NCBI RefSeq assembly: GCF_018977255.1
Contig: NW_024704743.1
Coordinates: forward strand, 101,744,001 to 101,808,000
Length of the DNA stretch: 64,000 bases
From: Callorhinchus milii
Taxonomy: Eukaryota
Reading direction: 5' to 3'
The position numbers were made by a program, and so were the translations under genes. Position 1 is the stretch's first letter, and every line of letters starts with the position of its first letter. The notes beneath the pieces are model-generated. The model had not been told where the DNA came from. It did no database searches and saw only the letters and a list, made by a program, of their open reading frames with translations. Shown here one piece after another: positions 49,520 through 61,694 of the stretch.

Positions 49520-50105
49520 AATCCTGCCACTGCATAAATCATTGATGAGATCGCACTTAGAGTCCTATGTACAGTTCTGGTTGCCACAGTACAAAAAGGA
49601 TTTTGGAGAAATCGAGAAGATAAGAGGAGAGCAACCCAAATGATTGAGGGAATGGAAGAACTGGACTATGAGGAACGACTAAGTAAATTGGGCATGTTCA
49701 CATTGGAAAAGAGAATATTGAGCGGTGACATGATGTCTTTAAGATTCTAAAGGGGCAAGACAGTATAGGTCATGACAGGCTGTTTCAACTTGTCCAGAAT
49801 AGTAGAACCAGAGGACATGGCCTGCTATTGAAGGGGGTAAATTCAGAAAGAATCTAAGTGAACATTATTTCAGTGAGCGAATAGTGAACCTGTGGAACAG
49901 ACTCCCGAGGGAGACGGTTGAAGCAGGAAGTGTTGATTCTTTCAAACACAGATTAGATAGTTTTCTTTTAGGAAATAGCATTGTGGGATATAGTGTGTGT
50001 GTGTGTGTAGATAGTTTGGGACATATGTGCATGTGACTATCAGGAAGATGGAAGACAAACTAGATGGACCTTGGTCTTTTTTCATCTAGCATTTCTTATG
50101 TTCTT
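49520..50105 (+). mobile_element. CR1 LINE 3' portion, second subfamily
   Basis: ATGAGATCGCACTTAGAG...CAGTTCTGG, GACTATGAGGAACGACTAAG, GAACCAGAGGACATGG; TTCTTATG tail. Confidence 0.8.
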
Positions 50106-50114
50106 ATATAATTG

Positions 50115-50363
50115 TTATTCAGGACACCGGGAGAAACTCCCTTCTCTTTCCAAGTAGTGTCATAGGATATTCAAAGTCCACCTAAACAAGTAGATGTGTT
50201 TGCTCGGTTTAAAGTGTTATCTAAAGGATGGCACCTCCAACACTGTTGTGTTGCCCCAGCACTACACTGGAATGTCAGCCTAGACTGTAAACTCAAAGTA
50301 CTGATGTGGTGCTTGACCCTACAACCTTCTGATTCAGCGATAAGAACTGAGCCAGGCTGACAT
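50115..50363 (-). mobile_element. Deu-SINE family A, 5' half
   Basis: GGACACCGGGAGAAACTCCC...ACTGAGCCAGGCTGACA. Confidence 0.75.
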
Positions 50364-50394
50364 GTGACACCAATATATTGGTTAGGTGGGAGAG

Positions 50395-50721
50395 ATAATA
50401 ATAATAATAATAATAATAATCCTTGCATTTGATATAGCGTTTTTCACGTCTTCTAGACGTCTCAAAGTGCTTCACAGAATATACTGTAAGTGAATTGACT
50501 GTATACTTGTGGGCGAACCTGGCAGCCAATTGCGCACAGCAGTATCCCACAAACAGTCGTAGATTGAAAATGACCAATTTATTATTGTTTTTTGTTTTGG
50601 AGGGATTATTATTAGGTGTGTGGCAAGGAAACTTGCCCAAGGTTTCGCCCTGCCTGGAATTGAACTCAGGTCTCTCGCTTGCAAAGCGAGTGCTCTAACC
50701 ACTGAGATACAGGACTCCACA
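50395..50721 (-). mobile_element. SINE family C, full length, variant tail loop (TAGAA)
   Basis: Family C body with tail GAGACGTCTAGAAGACGTG. Confidence 0.9.
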
Positions 50722-50819
50722 ATATAGTTTAATATAAAATATTTCTCCCAAAAAATGTTGCATTGTGTTAAATGTCCCTTGCATGAGAGATGATATCCTC
50801 CCTTCACCTGCCCTAATCA

Positions 50820-51310
50820 ATCATCGAATCATAGAATATTACAGCACAGAAGGAGGCTATTCGGCCCATCATGCCTGTGCCGGATCTTTGGAAGAGCTAC
50901 CCAATCAGTCCAACACATCTCTCTCCCCACATCCTTGGAATTTTTTTCCCTTTCAAGTGCCTATCTAATTCCCTTTTGAATGTTGTTATTGAATCTGTTT
51001 CCACCACCCTTTCAGGCAGTGCATTCCAGACCATAGCAACTCTATATAAAATAATTTCTCGTCTCCCCTCTGGTTCTTTGCCAGTTATCTTAAATCTATG
51101 TGCCTGGTTACTGACCCACCTGCCAGAAGAAACTGTTTCTCCCTATCTACTCCAGCAAAACCCCTCACAATTTTGAACACCTCTATTAAATCTTCCCTTA
51201 ACCTTCTCTGCTCCAAAAGAACAATCCCAGTTTATCTAGTCTCTCCACATAACTAAAGTCTATCATCCCTGGTACCATTCTGGTAAATCTCCTCTGACCC
51301 ACTCCAAGGC
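50820..51310 (-). mobile_element. CR1 LINE 3' end
   Basis: ATCATAGAAT tail, GGAGGCTATTCGGCCCATC, CCCTGGTACCATTCTGGTAAATC. Confidence 0.82.
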
Positions 51311-51924
51311 ATGTGGAACCTTACTCTCTTGGTCACCTGACAAGAAAGGAACTACTTGGTTGTGATATATGACAGTCTCACTTACCCATGAGGTGTTCAG
51401 ATATATGTTAGGAGGCCATTCAACCATTGTTATAAACATATTTTTTATGTGTTTCCTTGCAGTTCCTTCACACAATGTTATCATGTAATATGGTCCAAAA
51501 TAATATTCAGAACAAAATTTAGTGTCTGCAGAAATATATAATAATAATCATTGCATTTGATATAGCACTTTTCATGTCTTCTAGACGTCTCAAAGCGCTT
51601 CACAGAATATGTTGTAAAGTGAATTGACTGCATATTTGTGGGCAAAACATTCCAATGGAACACACATTTCATCCACTGAAACCATCAGTTGCCATTTCTG
51701 ACAAGCAATACTTGTGTTGGGTCACAGTTTGTGAACGTTGTTAGCTGAAAAACTGTTCAATATTGCAAATACGACAATTAAACTGGGAAATGCACTGTTC
51801 TTAGGCTGTCAAACATCATGGTCTGAGTGGAGATAAAATGTACAAATGGTGCAGAGTGCTGCAGTTTTGTCAGGGTGCATAAAAAATATTGCTTTATAGC
51901 ACCCCTAACCTTTTAAATTTTCTC

Positions 51925-52105
51925 CTTCCGCATGTCCGTCTCACTCCTTCCCTATCTGACTTTAAATCCTGTCTAAAAACCTTCCTCTTTGATCATGGCT
52001 CTACCCTTCCTCCCCTCTCCTCTCTCTTGCTTAACATCTGATCCCATTTTTGTGAAGCGCTCCGGAGGCATTATCTTATGTGAAGGGTGCTATATAAATG
52101 CTGCT
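51925..52105 (+). mobile_element. L2 LINE 3' end
   Basis: TTTAAATCCTGTCTAAAAACCTTCCTCTTTG...GTGAAGGGTGCTATATAAATGC. Confidence 0.68.
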
Positions 52106-53153
52106 GTACAATGGTATATGTTTGGTTTTCTTAGTTAATATACAGTCACTACACTTTACAGTATACCTTTTGAAGCGCTCTCGACATCAAAGGCACTATA
52201 TCAAATGTAAGGATTGTATTCCTTTTAATATAACTCACATTATAGCTAGTATTGTGTTATACAAGGAAAGAGATAAAAGACAGGTCAGGTGTAAAAAGCA
52301 GAGGTCTGTATTAGCAGTGTGACACTCCTTAACCTAACCCAATAATGTTGAGGGCATCGATGCAACTTTCTAATGACAGCATAGTGACCTTTTTGTCTTA
52401 TTCATAGTTGGAAATTAAAATCTCTACTCAGGTAAAGAAAAGATATGATAGCAAAAGTTTAAATTCACCATTCGAAGACTCCGAGTGGCTTGTTTTAAAT
52501 ATATTACAATCTTAAAAGTATAGTTGAGGCAGGAATAAATAAAACAAGCAGCCACTATTTGAGCTCCTGACAGCTTCATCTCAGTAACCCACCACATGAA
52601 GCTGACTTGAGGTACTCAAAGTGAGGACAGAAGAGTGTGTAAGAAAGCCATCAGTAGTTTGCCTGAATATGTAATACCAAGTGGCAGGATTAAATTGGGA
52701 AAGAAAACAGAGGTTATCATGAATTCATCCTTAAACACACACACCAACTCTCTCCTCTCTAACCCCAAACACCCTGTACATCTTCCTGGCTCAGAGATTC
52801 ACCCACACAGCAAGATCTCAAGGTTAGGAATCGTTTCAAAAACTAAAATCGATACGAAACTGATATCTAAACGCACACACACACATTCCTGTTAAGAATG
52901 CCCCAACGTACACTTTAGTCCATTATTTACTTTTATGTGTTTTAAAAAATGCACATTATTCGGTCGCTTCTGCTGTGCTCTTTACAAACACAATATTGTA
53001 CCAGAGGGAGAAAAAAATCTCAGATCTCAAACAGACCTTGGCAGCAGAAATTCAGAATGGATGTGTGGTCCTGGATGCCCATCGACCTCAACATCCACAT
53101 ACAGAGTGTGCATCGTATATCATTCACAAGGTTCAGGTGCTTACAGCATGAAA

Positions 53154-53235
53154 TCAGAAAGAGGGAGTGATACACAGGACATTAAGTGAATCAGAGACAC
53201 AGAGATAGAAAGAGGGAATGTTACCCTAAACCTAG
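53154..53235 (+). repeat. Left arm of the inverted repeat flanking the minisatellite
   Basis: TCAGAAAGAGGGAGTGATACACAGGACATTAAGTGAATCAGA...GGGAATGTTACCCTAAACCTAG aligns by hand to the reverse complement of 55324-55398 at 36/42 and 20/22. Confidence 0.9.
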
Positions 53236-53339
53236 AAAAGTTTGAACAGGGAAATGGCTACAGGATACAGAGAGAGCTTTACCTGGGGTTGAGGAACCGT
53301 CTCTCAGCGATGATCGAGGTGCTTTGTCGCTACTGAGGA

Positions 53340-55315
53340 TGTCACTGCTCTCACACTGTCACTGCTCTCACACTGTCACTGCTCTCACACTGTCACTGGC
53401 CCTCACACTGTCACTGCTCCACACTGTCACTGCTCCACACTGTCACTGGCTCTCACACTGTCACTGCTCTCACACTGTCACTGCTCTCACACTGTCACTG
53501 GCTCTCACACTGTCACTGGCTCTCACACTGTCACTGGCTCTCACACTGTCACTGGCTCTCACACTGTCACTGGCTCTCACACTGTCACTGCTCTCACACT
53601 GTCACTGGCTCTCACACTGTCACTGCTCTCACACTGTCACTGCTCTCACACTGTCACTGGCTCTCACACTGTCACTGCTCTCACACTGTCACTGCTCTCA
53701 CACTGTCACTGGCTCACTGTCACTGGCCTCACACTGTCACTGGCTCTCACACTGTCACTGCTCCCAGACTGTCACTGCTCCCAGACTGTCACTGGCTCTC
53801 ACACTGTCACTGGCTCTCACACTGTCACTGGCTCTCACACTGTCACTGCTCCCAGACTGTCACTGGCTCTCACACTGTCACTGGCTCTCACACTGTCACT
53901 GGCTCTCACACTGTCACTGCTCTCACACTGTCACTGCTCTCACACTGTCACTGGCTCCCTGTCACTGGCTCCCACACTGTCACTGCTCCCAGACTGTCAC
54001 TGCTCTCACACTGTCACTGGCTCTCACACTGTCACTGCTCTCACACTGTCACTGGCTCTCACACTGTCACTGCTCTCACACTGTCACTGGCTCTCACACT
54101 GTCACTGCTCCCAGACTGTCACTGCTCTCACACTGTCACTGGCTCTCACACTGTCACTGCTCTCACACTGTCACTGCTCTCACACTGTCACTGGCTCTCA
54201 CACTGTCACTGGCTCTCACACTGTCACTGCTCCCACACTGTCACTGCTCCCAGACTGTCACTGGCCCTCACACTGTCACTGGCTCTCACACTGTCACTGG
54301 CTCTCACACTGTCACTGCTCTCACACTGTCACTGCTCTCACACTGTCACTGGCTCTCACACTGTCACTGGCTCTCACACTGTCACTGCTCTCACACTGTC
54401 ACTGCTCTCACACTGTCACTGCTCTCACACTGTCACTGCTCTCACACTGTCACTGGCTCCCACACTGTCACTGGCTCTCACACTGTCACTGGCTCTCACA
54501 CTGTCACTGCTCTCACACTGTCACTGGCTCTCACACTGTCACTGCTCTCACACTGTCACTGCTCTCACACTGTCACTGGCTCTCACACTGTCACTGGCTC
54601 TCACACTGTCACTGGCTCTCACACTGTCACTGGCTCTCACACTGTCACTGCTCTCACACTGTCACTGCTCTCACACTGTCACTGCTCTCACACTGTCACT
54701 GGCTCTCACACTGTCACTGCTCTCACACTGTCACTGCTCCCACACTGTCACTGGCTCTCACACTGTCACTGGCTCTCACACTGTCACTGCTCTCACACTG
54801 TCACTGCTCTCACACTGTCACTGGCTCTCACACTGTCACTGGCTCTCACACTGTCACTGGCTCTCACACTGTCACTGGCTCTCCAACACTGTCACTGCTC
54901 TCACACTGTCACTGCTCTCACACTGTCACTGCTCTCACACTGTCACTGGCTCTCACACTGTCACTGCTCTCACACTGTCACTGGCTCTCACACTGTCACT
55001 GCTCTCACACTGTCACTGCTCTCACACTGTCACTGGCTCTCACACTGTCACTGCTCTCACACTGTCACTGCTCTCACACTGTCACTGCTCTCACACTGTC
55101 ACTGCTCTCACACTGTCACTGCTCTCACACTGTCACTGCTCTCACACTGTCACTGCTCTCACACTGTCACTGCTCTCACACTGTCACTGCTCTCACACTG
55201 TCACTGCTCTCACACTGTCACTGGCTCTCACACTGTCACTGCTCTCACACTGTCACTGCTCTCACACTGTCACTGCTCCACACTGTCACTGCTCCCACAC
55301 TGTCACTGGCTCCCA
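53340..55315. repeat. Minisatellite, roughly 110 units, mixing 17-bp CACTGTCACTGCTCTCA and 18-bp CACTGTCACTGGCTCTCA
   Basis: Directly visible; copy number estimated from ~1975 bp divided by unit length; minor variants (CCCAGACTGT, CTCCAC, CTCCCAC). Confidence 0.98.
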
Positions 55316-55323
55316 GTCCTGCA

Positions 55324-55398
55324 CTGGGTTTAGGTTAACATTCCCTGTCTTTCTGGTCTGAATCACTCAATGCCCTGTTCATAACTCCCTCTTTCTGA
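55324..55398 (-). repeat. Right arm of the inverted repeat flanking the minisatellite
   Basis: Reverse complement: TCAGAAAGAGGGAGTTATGAACAGGGCATTGAGTGATTCAGACCAGAAAGACAGGGAATGTTAACCTAAACCCAG. Confidence 0.9.
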
Positions 55399-55410
55399 CT
55401 AACTATGATC

Positions 55411-55560
55411 ACTTACTCTTCTCACCAGTCGCACCTCGGATTGCGGGTCACTCCCAGTCTGTGCTCCTCTTGTCTCTATTCCAGGAAGTTCAGCGGATCT
55501 CTACCCCATCAGCCTATCCACTGCGTGTGTTCTCCCCCTCCCTCTCCCTCCTCCCACAGT
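55411..55560 (-). promoter_or_regulatory. Candidate KCNV1 promoter / non-coding first exon
   Basis: Unique sequence with several CpGs, purine-rich GGGAGG boxes on the minus strand (55531-55556) and a minus-strand donor GAGAAGA|GTAAGT (exon end 55417). Confidence 0.35.
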
Positions 55561-56764
55561 TACAACTGCACCGTTCACACTTCTCCAGTTGCACCAGGCA
55601 AATAAATGTGTGTCTCACAGCTCAGCATCTTCAGTGCAATGGGCGGTACGTTTCCCGTCCTATCTGTAACCATTCATATTTTAATCCTCATTTATGCCAT
55701 GTTTCCTCGTTGATCTTTTGTGTGTCTCTTTCCCCTTTTGTATATGTTTTAGATCACTTCTTGCCATGGGTACCTTTCTAGGCTGATGATAGTATTATTA
55801 TTTTTTCCTGCCTGTGTTTCTGAATCACTTTAAGAATTAAAAAAAAATATTTTCTGGTTCTGTATTATGTATATATATTATTCATTTTCGATTTATATTA
55901 AAAAAAACAAGTGAAAACCGTTCAGGATATATTGCACAAGATCATGTTGTCCCTCTGATGTGTGTCTTACAAACTGCAGAGACTACAGACAAAGTGAGTT
56001 CTATGTCACATCTCTGTAATAGCCACAGTGTTATCAGACAAACAGCTCCTCATCAAATCATTGAGACATCTCAAAGCGCTGCACAGGCTATACTGTAACA
56101 TGGATTGCCTGTGTAGTTTGTGGGCAGGGTGAACCATGCTCTACTGGAGCTGAATGGTATCTGTCCGCATAAACACTAATAATTCTTGCATTTGATGTGA
56201 GAGGACATCTGAAGCCCTTCACACAGGATTTGCTTTAAAGTGAATGTGCACCTTGTCAGCATGTGAAGAATGTCAAACTTTGAAACCTGATGGTCATTCA
56301 TTACATCTTGGCTCAACTACACTAACTCCCTCCTTGACAGTCTTCCCAACTCTTCCCTCTACAAGCTGCAGATCGTTCAGAAATCTGCAGCTCATGTTGT
56401 TGTTGGTGGTCGTAATGAGTGACGTTTGGTGAGATTTCTCAGCAATCCCTCATCTGTCCTCAAAATATTTGGGAGGGGGCAGGTACTATGGAGAATAATG
56501 CATCTTCAGTGTTGCTTATGTGCAAGATGCAGCCAAATTTCAGTGATCTACAACGCACAGGGGGAGATACTTTACCCGGGTAAAGGTTGTCTCTATTTTC
56601 TTAGCATTTCAAAGTGCCCAGAATTTGGCAAATTGTCAAAATTCAATCTTATAAGAAACTTACAGAAAACTGGCTTCCAAGTTGAGGTGAAATTTCTCAA
56701 ATACTAGATGCTCTGAAAGCTTATATTATTAGTGTAAGTCCATACCCAGATGGAATTTCTCCAT

Positions 56765-57110
56765 CATAATGTGAGCTTGGTTCAATTATTATTCTTGCCT
56801 GTGCTTGTGAGTTTATGTCCCATGTTAGGACTTGAGCTTGGGGCGATAGTTTAATACTCCTGTGCTGGAAAAGCACTGAATTGTCAGAGATGTTGTTTTG
56901 GATGAGATATTAAACCGAGGTCCATTTTGCCTCTTCAGAAGGATGTTTATGATCCTATAATAATATCTGAGCAGAGAAGAGAATGTCTGCCTGATTCCGG
57001 GCCATCAAACTTCTAGGTGACTGTTTTCTAGACAACTTACTGCTGCAAATGGCTTGCACATTACCTGTAAAATATTTTGAGTTGTTATGAGATGATAAAG
57101 GCACAATTTA
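56765..57110 (+). mobile_element. Deu-SINE family A, decayed
   Basis: GGATGAGATATTAAACCGAGGTCC Deu block. Confidence 0.62.
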
Positions 57111-57974
57111 TTTTTCTCTAGTCCCTCTTTGTTTTGATGCCACACAATGTCCTGATCTATCCTCAGTACTTCTGATCTGCCCTCAGTGCCCTGACCTGTC
57201 CAAACCATTGATCTGCATTAGATGTGACAACAGTGATTTATGTTTCCTGAACAAAATGTCTCTGTGGGTAGTTTATTTATAGGGATCATTAGTCTTTTTT
57301 TTAGTTTAAATTTAATTATTTGTTAATTTTGGCTGAATACACCAGCATGGTTTGAATGACACTCACAGTGACATTGCCTGAAGCATCTCAAAATCAGACA
57401 AAAGTTCTAAAAATTAATTTTTTTTTGTGCTTTTTTTTTCAAATTCCAAGATGATTAAATAAAAGTGTGTCAGTGCAAGATGATTCTCAAAAATACCCAC
57501 AAAAGATTCCTATACTATCTTTTTTGGGGTTAAGTGGAGGAATAAACTTCTGAGCATAAAACTACTGATCCACATCAAACAGCACATAATTATATAATAA
57601 ATAATTATAATATATAGTAATAATCCTTACATTTCATATGGTGTTTTTCATGTTAGGAGGACATCTCAAAGAACTTCCTAGGGTTTTAACAGAATTTAGT
57701 AGAAAGTACAGTGACTGTATTTTATAGGGTAAAGTAACAGCGAATATTTACGCAGCAATATTTTACAAACAGCTATGTTTTTTTTATCTCGGGGATTTTT
57801 CTCTACATAAATTCATTAGTTTTATTTATTCTGGCTGGAGCAAAACCTTGAATCAGAGACAATAACTGATTGAAGCTCTCTTTATCAGAGATCAAAAGGC
57901 ACTTTACAGATTTAGATGTGATCTTTCTCTTGAGTCGTCATTGAATTGATAAAACATATTTGGAGACATTATTC

Positions 57975-58250
57975 TCTAGAGTAAAGATGACTGAGAAGAG
58001 ATCTTATAAAGATGTTTAAGATTATGAAAGGATGGATAAAATGGATGTTGATAGGTTGTTTTCCACCTGTTGGTGAGTCCAAAATGAGAGGGAATTAATC
58101 AAAGCCAGTAGCAGATCTAAAAAGGAGGAATGTAGGAGGAACTTTGTCACACAGAGGGTGGTGAGAATTTGGAAATCAATGTCAAAAGCTATGGTTAAAG
58201 GAAAACTCATCAATGTATTTCAGAGGAAAATGGATAAATATGTGAGGGAG
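57975..58250 (+). mobile_element. CR1 LINE fragment
   Basis: GATGTTTAAGATTATGAAAGG, CACACAGAGGGTGGTGAGAATTTGGAA. Confidence 0.68.
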
Positions 58251-58492
58251 GGAAAATAATAATAATAAATAATCTTTACATTTGGTGTAGTGTCTTTCAC
58301 ATTAGGAGTACACCCCAACACAGTTCACAGGATATACTATACAGCAAAGAGTATGCATAAAGTGTAGTGACTGTGTGTTTTGTGGGCGAACGTGACAGCC
58401 AATTTGCACACTGCAATGTCCTACAAACAGCCAAGAAGTTAATGAGCAATTTTATTTGGGGTATTGTCAGTCAGGACACCCTTGTCTTTTTG

Positions 58493-58824
58493 AATAATAA
58501 TAATAATAATAATAATAATCCTTGCATTTGATATAGCGCTTTTCACGTCGGGAGGACGTCCCAAAGCGCTTCACAGAACACACTGTAAAGTGAATTGACT
58601 GTATATTTGTGGGCGAATGCGGCAGCCAATTGCGCACAGCAATGTCCCACAAACAGTCGTGGATTGAAAATGACCAATTTAGTATTGTTTTTGGTTTTGG
58701 AGGGATTATTATTAGGCGTGTGGAGTAAGGAAACTTGCCCAAGGTTTCGCCCTCTGCCTGGAATTGAACTCAGGTCTCTAGCTTGCAAAGCGAGTGCTCA
58801 ACCACTGAGCTACAGGACTCCACA
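58493..58824 (-). mobile_element. SINE family C, full length, nested in an older Deu-SINE
   Basis: Full family sequence; host SINE continues on both sides (about 58255-58492 and 58825-59030). Confidence 0.92.
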
Positions 58825-61423
58825 TAGTGCATAGGATCTTTAACGTCCATCTGAACAGGGGGAGATGGGGCTTCTGTTAAAGTCTCATCCAAAGGACTGC
58901 ACTTCCAACAATGCAGCACAGTCTCAGCACTGCATTGGAGTGTCAGCGCTAGACTATATGAGTTCTAAGTCCCCACATGGGGCTTGAACCCACAACTTTC
59001 TAACTCAGAGACAAGAGTGCTACCAACAGAGATACAATTACAAAAAAAGGGAAGGAAATAGAGTGTATTGGAGGGAACTGGAAGGGTGGGGGTTATGTGG
59101 AGTATGAACACCTGAATGGATGAGTTGGGCTGAATGGACCGTTTCCCTGCTGTATCATTCTATGCAAGTCTATGTAATTCTACCCCTAGGATAATCAGTC
59201 AGTTACGAAGAGACTCTTGAAGACTTCTTTCAAAGATTCTACTTTTCTTAGTTGCCATGTTTGTGATCCTGTATTGTCAGTTTCTAGATTTGGATTATTT
59301 ATTTTTCTCTGTTATTAATTACAGTATTGTTTAATTGCTGAAGGCCAGTGTCTAGAGAATAACACTAATGCTTACCTGAATAGAGACACAGCAAAGCTAT
59401 ATGGTAATGTGTTAGAAACTGATGATCACAGTTAAATCTTTTAAAAGCCATGCCTTAATCTGCTTATGTGAATTATGGGCACATATTCATTTGAATAACA
59501 ATCCTGAATCCTTTATGTAAAATCTTAACCCAAATCAATAGAAGTAACAAGTTTCAATTTACAATGGAGAGGAGGAATAAAGGGAAAGTATAAAAGCCTC
59601 AAGGGATTTCTTTCATCTCTGACTACAAACAATGTGTACATCAGAACTCTAAATTACTTCAAGACAGTTAATACTGTAGTGTCAACTCCGAAATGTTCAT
59701 GGAAGCATAAATGTATGAGAATAGCTACCACAAATGTGTTGAATTTTAAAAAGCCTCATAATTTCAGTAGCCTGCATGAAATGAGAAGTTCATTGCAAGA
59801 GGAGACTGTGAACATCCAATTTATTCCACTCGAGGGAAGATTTTCACAACTTACTTGTAACTTTGTCACTTTGTGAGTTGTTAAATCCTGCAAAGAACAG
59901 TGTACATTCACTCTGCACCATTTGCTCTTGTGCTTTGGAAGCATGGATGCAAATTGTGTCAAAAAAAAAACAATACTGGACACCTTTACAATCTCATCCC
60001 ACTTCTATCATGTTCTGCATTCCTTGCACAATTTGAAAAAAAATTAATTCAGTTTTTCAGTAAAATTAACCTGCGTATAGTCATCTTAAATACATTTCTA
60101 GAGCGTCTTTCACATAGAAACTTGGTGAGAATGAGGATGATGGATGTAGTGTGTCTGTCCAGGAGAACGCTTCAGCTGCACAGTTGAAGCTTCTGAGGCT
60201 GATATTTTTAATTTGTGATTGGGCAGAGCACTGCTGGAACTCACTTGGGAAGGAGAAAGAAAGTCCAGTTAAAGGCTATCCGAGGATCTTATTTCTAGGG
60301 CTCATAATGTAATGGAATCCTGAAGAATATTTAAGTAAGAAATGGCCCTCAGTCTAGATTGTATGAGGGGAAATACCTAGGATACAAGGAAAGACCGTGT
60401 GGGGCTTTTACTTATTTGGCAGTGGGATATTGTTCATCGATACATGAACAAAATGCTTATTTTAGTTCTAAAAGTGATTTGTTCAACTGGTCGTTTGTGA
60501 CCCACTCGCACAGTGTTAAGAAAGAATGGTAAAAAACAAATTTCGAATAAAGTCTGAATTTAAGAATCTTCTAAAATTCTGCACAATCTTGAAGATTAAG
60601 GTTTCCAATGTGAAAGGCACTATACTGCATGTAGGGATTAAAGAGTTACAGTCTTGAACTTCAAGGTTGAGGCTAAGATTATGAAGCCTCTGGAACGTTG
60701 ATTGCAGGAGGCCTGCGAGGAGAGCATTGGAAAAATCATAGCAATTATCCTTACTTCAGTCGTGCAACTAATTTATGGCAGTCCCAGACTTGGTAATGCT
60801 TCTTGTTTTAAAGACGTCAACATTTTATAGACACAATAACCCTTATGTAACTTAAGATAGGATATATCATCTCTGTATAAGAGTTGGACAATTTGATAGT
60901 AATGGCATTAATTAAACATTGCCGAGCACAACTTGCTCAAACAACCTAATAAAAATGCAGTATGTACTGAAGGGATGAATAAATAGTGGCTATTAAAACG
61001 TTGGCTTTTGACACTTTGCAACAACTTTTGAGCTGTAACTTTTTTACATTAATGCTCCCTGCTTAAAATAATTACAACAAACCTTGAGGATGAATTATCA
61101 CGCATTTAAATACATTACTTTTGTAAAGTTGGAGAAATGGAATCCACAGCAGAAATAGAAAGAAGTCCTTTATTGGGCTTCCAGCTGCTGTTTCCTAACA
61201 CCAGTATAAATATTGTCAGCCTGGCTCAGTTAATAGAACTCTCGCCTCTTAGTCATGAAGGTTGTGGGTTCAAGTCCTATGTTAGGACTTGAACATTGTT
61301 GGAGGTGAGTCGTTAAACAGAGGTCTTGTTTGCCTGTTCGGGTGGACTTTAAAAATAATTGCCAATCGCATTATTCAGAAAGAGAAGGGGTCTCTTGGCC
61401 AACAATCCCCAGATAAGGGGATT

Positions 61424-61694
61424 ATTCCAGGCAGGGCGAAACCTTGGGCAAGTTTTCTTACTCCACACGCCTAATAATAATCCCTCATAAAACCAAAAAC
61501 AATAATAAAATTGGTCATTTTCAATCTACGACTGTTTGTGGGACATTGCTGTGAGCAATTGGCTGCCGCGTTCACCCACAATTATACAGTCAATTCACTT
61601 TACAGTCTGTTCTGTGAAGCGCTTTGGGACGTCCTCCTGACGTGAAAAGCGCTATATCAAATGCAAGGATTATTATTATTATTATTATTATTAT
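61424..61694 (+). mobile_element. SINE family C, 5'-truncated inside the B box, nested in a Deu-SINE
   Basis: Begins ATTCCAGGCAGGG; host SINE at about 61214-61420 and 61695-61860. Confidence 0.9.

Noticed and set aside
51869..51905. Hairpin GGGTGCATAAA...TTTATAGCACCC resembling a mariner TIR
   Set aside because: Short and isolated, with no TA flank or partner; not distinguishable from chance.
53340..55315. CRISPR-like or RAG RSS-like array (CACACTG resembles the heptamer)
   Set aside because: No unique spacers, no cas genes, eukaryotic context; no nonamer at 12/23 spacing and no V/J segments.
53324..55333. 669-aa His/Cys/Leu/Ser-rich ORF
   Set aside because: It is the translation of a stop-free minisatellite, has no ATG start (TTG), and its peptide motif changes with each 17-mer. 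No evidence for a protein.
60070..60260. Possible coding exon of a neighbouring gene
   Set aside because: Minus-strand frames are interrupted by stops and no frame gave a recognisable protein.
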